A DNA stretch of 55,972 nucleotides, the filler included, from Catajapyx aquilonaris (taxonomy: Eukaryota), in assembly GCA_000934665.2 (NCBI GenBank). It is 4 parts of 4 records of this genome, joined end to end, with 100 filler letters (N's around TTAATTAATTAA, not from the genome) between each part and the next. Parts side by side here need not be neighbours in the genome. Positions count along the whole stretch, not along the records: positions 1 to 13,915 come from JYFJ02007944.1; 3 more parts are not named here. The stretch is one strand, 5' to 3'. Below are positions 1-9,781 of this stretch, in pieces; the first letter of the stretch is position 1, and the number at the start of each line of letters is the position of its first letter. A program made the position numbers and the translations under genes. The notes beneath the pieces are model-generated. The model did no database searches. It saw only the letters and a program-made list of their open reading frames with translations, and was not told the DNA's origin.

Positions 1-290
1 AAGGTCTTACGTGCGCCTGCCTTGTTTCAGTACTTTCATTCCGCCGCGGAGGTCTTACTTCTCTTTTTTTTACTGAAGGGAAAGTTTTTGATCTAATTGG
101 CTTTAAAATACTACTTCTACATTATTTTTTCACTTCGAAAATGGTAATGGTTTATTCCTAATAGTGTGAAGCATCCAGCAAGCATTTGTCTTGCGTAGTA
201 AACCTTGTAGATAAATTATTCATTGGGCAGCTAACCTGCACATTTGCCCTTTCATCTCGTAACTGTCCAATGAAACAGAAGTGACCTTAC

Positions 291-608
291 GTGCTATGAG
301 GAGCTCCTTCTTGCTGGCCTCCTTATCATGGACTGGCAGAAACTTGAGTTTGATCAGCAGAACCTGCCAACAGAAAATAATTGAGTGATGTGGGCAGGGC
401 TCGTGAGACCAAGTGTGCTGTGACGAGTTGTGGTTACCTTCATCTTGTTCAGAAGTTCCTCACACTTCCTGAGGTCCTCTACGTCTGGACTCTTCCTCTT
501 CCCCCATGCGTTGGTCAGCTCTTGATTCAGCAGAACAGCCTCCTCCAGAACCGGGTCGCCAGTACCATCTCCCATCTGATGAACCGCGCCAGAAATCCTC
601 CCTTCCAT
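291..608 (-). CDS. PSMD8: 26S proteasome lid subunit Rpn12/PSMD8-like, first two coding exons (rest off-contig)
   Basis: Exons 608-438 and 363-291, GT-AG intron, phase 0. They splice to ...VLEEAVLLNQELTNAWGKRKSPDVEDLRKCEELLNKMK/VLLIKLKFLPVHDKEASKKELLIA(R), matching the PSMD8 N-terminal pattern (W-x-R/K...L-x-K-C-x-E-L-L...LxFLP...ELLIAR). Donor GTAAGG at 290. Confidence 0.85.
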
Positions 609-849
609 AGCTCACTAGCTCAACAGACCCAAACAACTCCTCTTCGCCTCGCAGCCCTCTCTGAGTGGCTTCAATAGACCAGTGTTGTGCCTCTTGTCCC
701 TGGTTAGGTTCCTCAGAATGTCAAGTCACTCCTCCTTCACCCTTCTGGCGACCGTAGCTGCTTCTTGCATATGTAGCCGCTTGATTTCAGATAATTAGCA
801 ACTTATAGCTACTTTGGATAGCTGGATGTCGTGATCTCCAGCTCCGATC

Positions 850-3800
850 ATGACCGCTACAGCGTGAGTGGCGCTTTTACCATACTATTGCGCGGTCAGG
901 CGTGCCAACTTAACCACCCCACAGACCACACGCCGGTAACACAGGCAGGCACAGGTCACCGGTTGCTGATTGGCCAGGGGCTATAGGAGAAGAGGAAGGA
1001 GGACTGCTAGCACGTCACATTTGCTAATTTGAATATTTTCCCCCTTTTAGCGCCATAGCTTCCAGTGATATGGCGCCTGTGGTGCCGACCTTGCAGAAGG
1101 GCATATTTCAGTTGGTTGAGCAAGGTGAGTTGTCATTTTTCATGATTCTATTTACGCAAAAAATGTACATGTGTAAGCTGTTATTTAATTGCATCTTGGG
1201 TGGTGGCGTGGTTGTGGGAATATTTCAGTGAGTTTTGTCATTGGTTTTGTGCACCCCTAGATGTAGCCGATACTGGGGTGCAATTCCGTCCAGCTGACCC
1301 AGTCGTCACAACCTCATTTCCTGTGAAATCAGGTGTGCCAGCAAATCCGCAGGTAGGTAGACATTTGTAAACGATGCACACACTGTGATTACAGGGTGTC
1401 CCACTACCTCCCGAACCGGGAAAATGGCGCACAACTGGTAAACCACTTGATGTAGGGCGATGAAATTTTACGGGTACATACCTTGGTCTGTGAAAGTAAC
1501 ATTGTCATAGAAGATGCTGAAAGTGGCCCCTGTTTGCGTCCAAGCAGGTCTGAACACGACGCTCCATGTTCGCGAAAGTGCAGGCCAGCATCTCGGGAGT
1601 TATCCCCTCAATTTTTTGCGTAACGGATATTTTCCTGCAGTGCTGGGATAGTTCTTGGTTTGTTTTTGTAGACCTGTCCTTTTAGGTAACCCCACAGGAA
1701 ATAATCCGGTGGAGTTAAATCGGGTGATCGTGGTGGCCAAATCCCTTTGGAAATGACTCGGCCTGGGAAGAAGGAATTGATGACGGCCATGCTGACCCTC
1801 GATGTGTGGCATGTTGCTCTGTCCTGCTGAAAGTAGCCCAATGTGAGTTCTTCATCATCCAACTGCTGCACGAAAGTGCCGAAAATCTGGAGGTACACGT
1901 CAGATGTCACTGTTGAATTGAAGAATACGGGTCCAACAATGCGACGTCGTGAAATCCCACATTGTGGCGCCATGCACGACGTTGCCACGTTGTGCCCGTC
2001 TGCCGCGTCCTGCACAGCTGCAGCCGGTTTTTCTCATGGATCAAGCTATGTCCCCGTAAAATTTCATCGCCCTACATGAAGTGGTTTACCAGTTATGCGC
2101 CATTTTGCCAGTTCGGGAAGTAGTGGGACACCCTGTAGAATCAGACATGTCTCTTTTCGCAGCGACTAACTAATGATTTGTGATAAAAGCATGCTTGAAG
2201 AAACTCATTTATTCTCAGGTGAGTCCCGTTGTGACCAGTCATCTTCCTACTGAAGGACTAAGCCCATCGTCAGAGCCTGTGAGGTCCATCGAGGTGGGGC
2301 CATGGATGCCACATACTGAAACTCTGGCTGCCACAGGTCTGCAGCCCAGCAGGACTGCAGACAAGTGGACTTCCACTGAAGAGCCAGAAGCTGGAGCTAC
2401 TGCTTCTTCAATTGGTTCCACAGCAGCAATAGTATGTATTCACAGGCTGGTGCACTGCCCGAAGCCCCAATTACTCAGGAGAAGGAGAGAGTTGAAGCAG
2501 CCAGGGATTGTCCACCTCCACACGGCACTTTAAAGAATAGCAACAATCAAGGCTCGAGAATGCAACCGGTTACATTGTAGCAATTAGCTTTAGTGGCCAT
2601 AAAAAATATTTAAAATGGTGCTGATGATGTAATGGTAGAACTAATTTTTACAGTCATGAACCCTTGCATTGGATGTGTAAAAAGGATGAGTACATGAAAC
2701 TGAATATTAGCTGGCAATGCTTTTGATAATGACTGAGTCTATAACCACTGAGAAAGCGACTCCTTTATCAAATAAGCAGCTTAGTGCTGAAAATGTGGCA
2801 ACTACAATGGACATTTAAACTGGAACATCTTGTATAGGCTCGGCCACAACTTGAGAATGGTGAAAATAAATTCAACTTTATTAATTAGCATGATTAATTT
2901 GTTCTACAGAATCTCCAGCAGGAACCTCCAACAAGGGGACTCGGCCAACTGACGCCTATATTAACATATATAGGCAGGGTCTCCCCAGGTACGAACTGAA
3001 CTTGTGATTGTGGTTTCATGTTAATTAATGCTAACCTGACCATGTAGGGTGTGTGACTTTCACATGGGACATGCCTCCACCCGATAAGACGGACATTTCG
3101 GAGTACGAGTTGTTCGTAAGTCGAGGGGAGCAGGCTTCTCAATTCGCAAGCTTTGGGTACACTACGGAGAAGTCCATTACGCTGTACGACGTAAGTGTTT
3201 TCCCAACAGAGAGTGATTATTTCAAGGGTTGTGGTGACCAGGGTTGTGAACCGAACCAAACCCTTGTTCCGTGAAACAGATAACATTGAACCCGCTCCGG
3301 AGCAGTAGAGTTGGGTTCAGAGCGAGCGTCGGAACGGGGTACGGGTTCAAGCCGGTTCAGGGGGAGAGTGGAGCCAAGGCCGGAGCAGGTTCGGGGTTCG
3401 GTTCAGGCCAACGCGTTCGGGAGCAGGTTCAGAGCGGTTCAAAGCTTGGTTAGGTACAACATACCAACCCAACAGGGGGAAAGGCAGTAAAACAGCTGGA
3501 TATACTCCAGAGTATGCATGATGTTTTCATGGTGGGAGAATGACATTTCCAAGCACCCACAATACAGAGTGTACCGCAAATGTCACATTTTGATGTCATA
3601 AGCATTTTTGTACGTTACAATATGTCATACGCATTTTTGTATGTCACATTTTCATGTCTTACGCATTTTTGTATGTTACAATATAATATTATTGTAACAT
3701 ACAAAAAAATGCGTATGACATGAGAATGTGACATACAACAAATGCGCATGACATGAGAATGTGACTTCCAAAAAATGTGTATGACATATTGTAACGTACA

Positions 3801-5425
3801 AAAATGCCTATGACATAAAAAATGTGACATGCAACAAATGCGTATGACATGAGAATGTGACATCCAAAAAAATGGGTAGGCCTCTGACATATTGTGGCCT
3901 GCAAAATAGTGCAGTCATTTTAGACCAAAATGTTGGCGTCAGGTAAAAAAATCCTTACAAGCAAGAGATTTGGTGTATGTGTAGTATTTGATCACCCTTG
4001 TAACATACTAAAAGTCCTAGAAAATCAATGCTGTGTGACGGCCACCATCTTGGAAAGTGGCGGCCGAAATCCCATTTTTCGACATATATTGAACAAAGGA
4101 AATTAGATTTCTGGCATAATAGCAAGGTTTATCAAAATAATGATAAGAATAGATTTTATGGGCAATTGCATAGCAAACATTTTTTGTTGAAAAGACATTT
4201 TTATAACATGTGTATTTTTCGAGATAATAGTGAAAAATTGGATTTCGGCCGCCATTTTTCAAGATGGCGGCCGTCGCACAGCATGGATTTCCGAGGACTT
4301 CTAGTATGTTACAAGGGTGATCAAATACTACACATACACCAAATCTCTTGCTTGTAAGGATTTTTTTACCTAATTTTCATAAAATGACTGCACTAAAAGT
4401 GCGTATGACATATTGTAACGTACAAAAATGCTTATGACATCAAAATGTGACATTTGCGGTACACCCTGTATCGCGGGTGCTTGGAAATGTCATTCTCCCA
4501 CCATGAAAACATGATGCATACTCTGGAGTAAATCCGCGGTTTTACTGCCTTTCCCCCTGTTGGGTTGGTATGTTGTACCTAACCAAGCTTTGAACCGCTC
4601 CGAACCCACTCGGAACCCGCTCTGAACCCGCTCCGAACTCTCTCCGAACCCGCTCCTGAACCCGTTGGCATGAACCAAACCCTGAACCCGCTCCGACCTT
4701 GGCTCCACTCTCCCCCTGAACCGGCTTGAACCCATACCTCGTTCCGACTCTCGCTCCGAACCAGACTCGACTGCTCCGGAGCGGGTTCAATGTTATCGGG
4801 TTCACGGAACAAGGGTTCGGTTCATAACCCTGGTGGTGACGCACTGTACAATTGCCTGCTGTGAGTGGTGTTCAGCTGGGATATTATTTGCAAAGGCTTT
4901 TTAAAAATACCGTTGTGGTGTGATACCGGTACTGTACCAGTAGGAATGTACTATATCGCTCAAAAAGATAGAGACGATTGGCATTTGATTCAAGTGCAAG
5001 TTGCACTTGAGTCAAATGCAAAATCGTCTATCTTTTTGGGCGATATAGTACATTGCATGAGCAGCCATAAGAAGAGATTCTGCATTTAGCTGTAATCATC
5101 TGAGGGTGTGACAGGCACAGAGGGACATAATAACTTCCAGAAAGTTTTCATGATCTGATATAGTCCATAGATTGGCCATCCTCTTACACACGGACTCCCG
5201 TACTGATTTCAAAAATTGCAGTAGCATTGCGCCATCCTGCACTTGTGGAGCCCTGATGTTAAATAATTTCATTGACACTTTAAGGGTATTTTTTTGTAAT
5301 TGAATTTCATGTTTCTTTTTATTTAACAGCTAATTGAAGGGGAGCCGTACCATTTTGCCGTGAGTGCGGTGTTCGATGGGTTGGGAAGTGGACCAATCAG
5401 CAAGTCGCTCTTTGTCATACCGTGA
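850..5425 (+). CDS. 7-exon gene, ~236 aa: S/T/P-rich N-terminus plus one C-terminal fibronectin type III domain, no signal peptide or TM
   Basis: Exons 850-863, 1051-1124, 1261-1352, 2219-2431, 2910-2988, 3048-3190, 5330-5425. All GT-AG and phase-compatible, 711 nt including TGA. C-terminus GCVTFTWDMPPPDKTDISEYELFVSRGEQ...TTEKSITLYDLIEGEPYHFAVSAVFDGLGSGPISKS has FN3 hallmarks (W, Y, LxxGxxYxFxVxA, GxGxxS). The first micro-exon is the least certain; alternative ATG at 1070. Confidence 0.8.
1392..2135 (-). mobile_element. Internally deleted Tc1/mariner element (rosa/DD41D-like clade)
   Basis: ~90-bp TIRs (CAGGGTGTCCCACTAC... / ...GTAGTGGGACACCCTG), TA TSD at 1390-1391 and 2136-2137. Transposase C-terminal half FQQDRATCH...WPPRSPDLTPPDYFLWGYLK...GHFQHLL with a frameshift near 1615. 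Confidence 0.93.
3565..4468. mobile_element. Tc1/mariner-type MITE with internal TGACAT/ATGTCA-rich repeats (middle element)
   Basis: TIR CAG(A/G)GTGTACCGCAAATGTCACATTTTGATG, TA TSD at 3563-3564 and 4469-4470. Inserted at the hairpin apex of the hAT MITE. Confidence 0.85.
3907..4395. mobile_element. Long-TIR MITE with TAG...CTA ends, Academ-like (inner element)
   Basis: TAGTGCAGTCATTTTA / TAAAATGACTGCACTA termini, ~170-bp inverted arms, 3-bp TSD AAA. Superfamily inferred from TAG termini and 3-bp TSD only. Confidence 0.7.
4951..5048. mobile_element. ~100-bp palindromic mini-MITE
   Basis: CTATATCGCTCAAAAAGATAG...CTATCTTTTTGGGCGATATAG flanked by TA on both sides; near-perfect hairpin. Confidence 0.7.
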
Positions 5426-5781
5426 TCATCAGACTGATACCAGCATGCCGTAATATTAAGGGGGAAAAGGCTCAGTACCGCCAGACCTTTGATGCTTTTT
5501 TCTCCTTTTGAAATACCTTCCAGTGCAACATGGACAATTTATTTTTTAAAGTGGCATTGCCTTGTTTAGTGTTACCGAAGTAAGCTGCTCGTAAGGTCAT
5601 TTCAGACTGTCTCCTGCACACTTATTGTATGTCACACATGCACAGTTTTGAGAAAACAAGACTTGAAAGTTCAGCACCTACAGAAATTAAGAATAATCCT
5701 GAAACGATTATCGTGTTCGTGTCAGACAGCAACCTACAATAAGTGTGCAGGAGAGAGTTGATTTGTTCTCAAACACTGAAT

Positions 5782-6048
5782 AGGACATCACACAAAATGT
5801 ATGGGCGAGTGGCCTTCCATTCGATTTGCCTGAAAATTGGATATGTTGTAGCCCAGACCGTCCTGATCAATGTTAGGGACATTTCGAGGTGGGACCTACA
5901 GGGACCTACAGATCTCACCTCACATTGATCAAGACGGTCTGGGACCTACAGATCTAACATTGATCAAGACGGTCTGGGCCACAACATATACAATTTTCAG
6001 GCAAATCGAACAGAAGGCCACTCGCCCATACATTTTGTGCGATGTCTT
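5782..6048. repeat. Inverted repeat (MITE-like) with an internal ~34-bp tandem duplication
   Basis: Arms 5782-5875 and ~5953-6048 (GACATCACACAAAATGTATGGGCGAGTGGCC / GGCCACTCGCCCATACATTTTGTGCGATGTC). ACATTGATCAAGACGGTCTGGG occurs twice. Confidence 0.75.
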
Positions 6049-6393
6049 TTGCCTTTAGTTATACATAGTTATAAAATCTTGTGTACCTGACTCGTGAAAC
6101 AATGAGATCTCTTTACGGCTGTGATTGAGTACAAAAATTACACAGGTTTTGGCTACCCTTGGCATTATTTATTGAGGGTGGAACATATATATTTTTTGGT
6201 GCCAGAAAGTATGTTTGCATGTGTACATAAGTTGTGTATACACCATGTATGTCTGTGATACCTAATCCATATCCAGACACCACTGAGAGTGAGAGCAACA
6301 AAACAAACGAAAAATAATGAACAGTTAAGTCACTTTTCATATTTCCCGACCCACACTTACAAGATTTACACCTGCAAGTCACACCCTGCTGAC

Positions 6394-6460
6394 TGCGCCT
6401 GCGCTACAAATCACGTTAACTATGATTGGTTCGTTTGATTGGCTGACATTCCATTTGGTC
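6394..6460. promoter_or_regulatory. Putative promoter: CCAAT boxes and a GCGCnnGCGC motif upstream of the BTB exon
   Basis: TGCGCCTGCGC near 6394, two GATTGG (reverse CCAAT) at ~6424 and ~6437. Sits between the BTB exon (+) and a signal-peptide-like exon (-). Confidence 0.35.
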
Positions 6461-6684
6461 CACTGTTCTTTTCGTGTGAAGCTGTGTTCGTTCGACACCC
6501 CTGTACCCGCCCCTGGTCTTTGATGATGGCCCTTGCATCTGAAGAAGCAGAAGCCAAAGGTCCTTCCTGGAGGGCCTTCGAGAGGAAAAAAGGTGGGGCT
6601 TAGAACTAGTTGTTGTTCCAGGAAGTCATAATTCGCATTTAAGGGACATAGTTAACATAGGGTTGTTTCAGGGAGGCGGCAAAG

Positions 6685-6868
6685 ATGGCTCAGTTGCTTA
6701 GGGGCGAGTTGTTCGATGTGCAGAAGCGGTTTGGCCCGCTTTTGCTGGACCAAGCCAGCAAGGACATCCGCATGCTGGAGTCCGACGGATGCGTGAAGGC
6801 CCACAAGCTGGTGCTGGCTACCTGCTCACCGTTCATGCAGAGCCTGCTTAACAGTGGGCAGGAGCAAG
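6685..6868 (+). CDS. BTB/POZ domain protein, N-terminal coding exon only
   Basis: MAQLLRGELFDVQKRFGPLLLDQASKDIRMLESDGCVKAHKLVLATCSPFMQSLL contains the BTB motif D-I-x-L...AHKLVLxxCSPF. Acceptor TTTCAG at 6671. No exon with the second half of the BTB found nearby. Confidence 0.7.
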
Positions 6869-8023
6869 GTTGGTAGAGGGTGAGGTTACCTCATGAGCCC
6901 TTCCCGCCAGATGTGACGTCGCGTGTGATGTCACCCCGAGACCCAACTGGTGTTCAAGTATAATAAAATGATGACATTGATAACATTGTGCAATAATTGC
7001 AATATTTATTATCAAAAGTTTTCAGCATTCTTCTTATTTTTATGATGATGATGATGATGATTACAGCAGCAGCAGCATCAGGAAGGACTACAACCAGAAG
7101 TACGACTCCTTCAGCACATTTTTATTCTTGTTGTTGTTATCTTCATTATGGTTCAACGGAAGTGCTTTAGTGCAATACAGATTGACACTAGTTGTCCCAT
7201 GTCGAGCATTCTCAATATCTGGATTGTTTACATTTCACCAAAAAAAAAAAACATTTCAGCGGATAACTTTGTGCTTCACTGTTTAAATATATTCAATACA
7301 ATACCAGTCACAACATCTCCCGTCGAAAGGGGTAGTCAGCATGTAATTAACTGCTCCGTGCCTCATTTACCCTAAGCTACTCTCTTGCTTTGCCAGTGGA
7401 TCTTGTTCCCATTGATTTAGATTGTGACAGTCTGTCAATTCATATCGGACAGAAATACTAACACAAAAAGGTCAAAGAAGGTTCATGAACGCAGAAAGAG
7501 GGTTGGCCCAACATCAATGCGGCCAACACGCATGTACATCACAGAGAGGAAATAAGTCCAATGCAGGAACCCAGGAAGCAGGGAAATTCATACTCCCGCT
7601 GATTTTGGGTATCGCGGTGACGTTCCGCCAATGGTGAGGCAGACCCCCTAATGAGGCCACCTTAGCCTTTACCAACCTTGGGCAGGAGCAAGTCTGCATC
7701 AGCCTGCCCCACTTCGATACATTCACGCTGAAGAGGTTCGTCTGGGTTCGTCCACTTACTGTACCTCGGAGAGGTCACCCTGGCGTTCCGGACTGTCCCA
7801 GACAACCCCGGACACTACCCCTATAATCTTATCGGTAGATGTAACCGAACAACAGTTATCCCAATATGCCCTCCGTTCGGTTACATCTATACCCATGAAA
7901 TATATTTGTGACAAATGTGATGAGCCACGTCTAAATAATATGGTGTAGTTGGCTAGTTTTCATTGCAATTAACTGGGAAGTTTAAAAGGCTTCTGCAACC
8001 ACAATGAAATATTGCTTAAATAA

Positions 8024-9063
8024 TCTACGTATGTAAGGCAAAAAAAGATAATTTGTTTGCCTGTGGCAGCAGAATTTTGTTGGTGATTACCATAGAAGGG
8101 TGATTCTCCAAAAACTTACCATTTTCAAAGCAAGAATGAATGAATTTCAAAACTTGTTTTAAAAATCTGGAAAAATTCTCACTTACTCTATATGAGGTCA
8201 CAAATCAGATAAAAATATGGAGAACTAATTCTGATATTCTAATGCCAGGAGAGTGAATATTTCCAGGAGTTCGGGAGCCAGAAGAATGACCTATGCATGC
8301 AATAGGATTAATATCACGGTCCAGAACAAACGTTGACTCTGGAAATTTCTGTGGGTTCAAGAAGACCCTTCATGCTATGGAATCATAGTTATTTCAAAAC
8401 ATTTAAGCTATTTTATGACATAGAAAAATGAGCCAGGAGTGTGAACTTTTTATTTCCGGGAGTTTGGGAGCCAGAAGAATGGCCTTTGGATGCATTAGGA
8501 TTAATATCACGGTCCAGAACAAACGTTGACTCTGGAAATTTCTGTGGGTTCAAGAAGACCCTTCATGCCATGGAATCACAGTTATTTCAAAATATTTAAT
8601 CTATTTTGTGACATAGAAAAATGAGCCAGGAGTGTGAACTTTTTATTTCCGGGAAAACTCGGGACGCACTTTGGAGTGATGCAGCAAGGTCATGTCAAAT
8701 GAATAAATCGTTTTTAAAATGTTGTTTTATACCTGCAACTATGTACAATTTAATTATAGTATTGAAACTTGTCTAATGTTAATAATAAACTTGTAAGAAA
8801 ATATAGCATGCTTTAAAATGAGATCGGGACATGCCAAGAATAGTGATTTTAGGCCCTTTGACATTTTTTTGCAGTAAAACTTAATTTAATATTTTTCTTT
8901 GTTTTCATGGGGATGGCTAGGTGTCAACTGCTTCTCCAAATGTTTAAAATATCAACTCTCTCAGTCAAGCCATTTTTGAGTTATTATGCTGGGACATGGT
9001 ATTGGTAAGTTTTTGGATAATCACCCAGAAACAGGCTGTGCGAAGAACGGGTTCCACTGCTAG
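8024..9063 (+). mobile_element. Non-autonomous Helitron (short copy) interrupted by a Sola2-like element
   Basis: A|TCTACGTATGTAAGGC 5' end; 3' end GTGCGAAGAACGGG...CTAG|T. Both ends match the copy at 27213-27762. Confidence 0.8.
8098..9026. mobile_element. Non-autonomous DNA transposon with 4-bp TSD, Sola2-like, containing a 193-bp tandem duplication
   Basis: TIR GGGTGATTCTCCAAAAACTTACCA / TGGTAAGTTTTTGGATAATCACCC, TSD AGAA (8094-8097, 9027-9030). Tandem units ~8265-8460 and ~8460-8653. Confidence 0.8.
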
Positions 9064-9781
9064 TTTTGCATAAATGCATAATGTAATTATTGCTCACAGC
9101 ATTCTACATATTAGACGGCATAAGAAAATGATATTATTGTTCCTTTTCGGTCCTGCATAATTAATGGGTGAGCTAATTTTGCATTTTAAAAATAGTTTCA
9201 TTAATTAGCATGGAATAGTGTGCATTTTAGGCATAGAGCAGGCAAAAAAATATGTTAATTTGCAGCAAAAGTTGTGATTTATTGTCCCGGTTGGCCTCTT
9301 TATTTATAGCGACTGATGCAGCATCGTTCTCCTCCTTTCATATTTCGCGCGCACGTGTGTTTTATTTTGCGCTTATACTTTCGCGGCTCGGAACATTCCA
9401 CGAGGCCACGAGCATGGGCTCCTCTGCACTGGCAATACTCTGGCGTCCTTTGCTGTACGCATTACGAACCACGTTTTCACGTCCCTTTTCCGCAGTTTTG
9501 ATACCCGGACTCGCTACCCGAACGGGAAAGAGGCCGGCATGTTCACGTAGTTGATATTACTGCACCCAGAGCCCAGAGGGTCACCACGACGGACATCTAG
9601 CGGGGGGAAGTCGGAAGTTCTTTGGAGGAGGTACAATTTTTTTGCTAGGCTACACAACAGAATACTGGATGACGCTTCTGGTAGTTTTTTATTCTTCCCT
9701 TTCCGTCGGCGAGTGTTGAACAGCCCCAGGCACGAATATTTGCTGGCCAGGTCCTTTATAGAGTTGCTATCCGAACCAAAC

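Larger units (their letters stand above)
3239..4832. mobile_element. Palindromic hAT-type MITE (outer element of a triple nest)
   Basis: Termini CAGGGTTGTGAACCGAACC / GGTTCGGTTCATAACCCTG, perfect 8-bp TSD GTGGTGAC (3231-3238, 4833-4840), GGTTC/GAACC subterminal repeats. Arms 3239-3562 and 4471-4832 are inverted copies. Confidence 0.9.

Noticed and set aside
3590..3900. CRISPR-like periodic repeats (also 36872-37970)
   Set aside because: No unique spacers and no cas genes; these are degenerate tandem units inside TIR elements in eukaryotic introns.
9252..9780. GC-rich overlapping ORFs upstream of FAM98
   Set aside because: No recognisable domain or consistent splice model; best explained as promoter/5' UTR.
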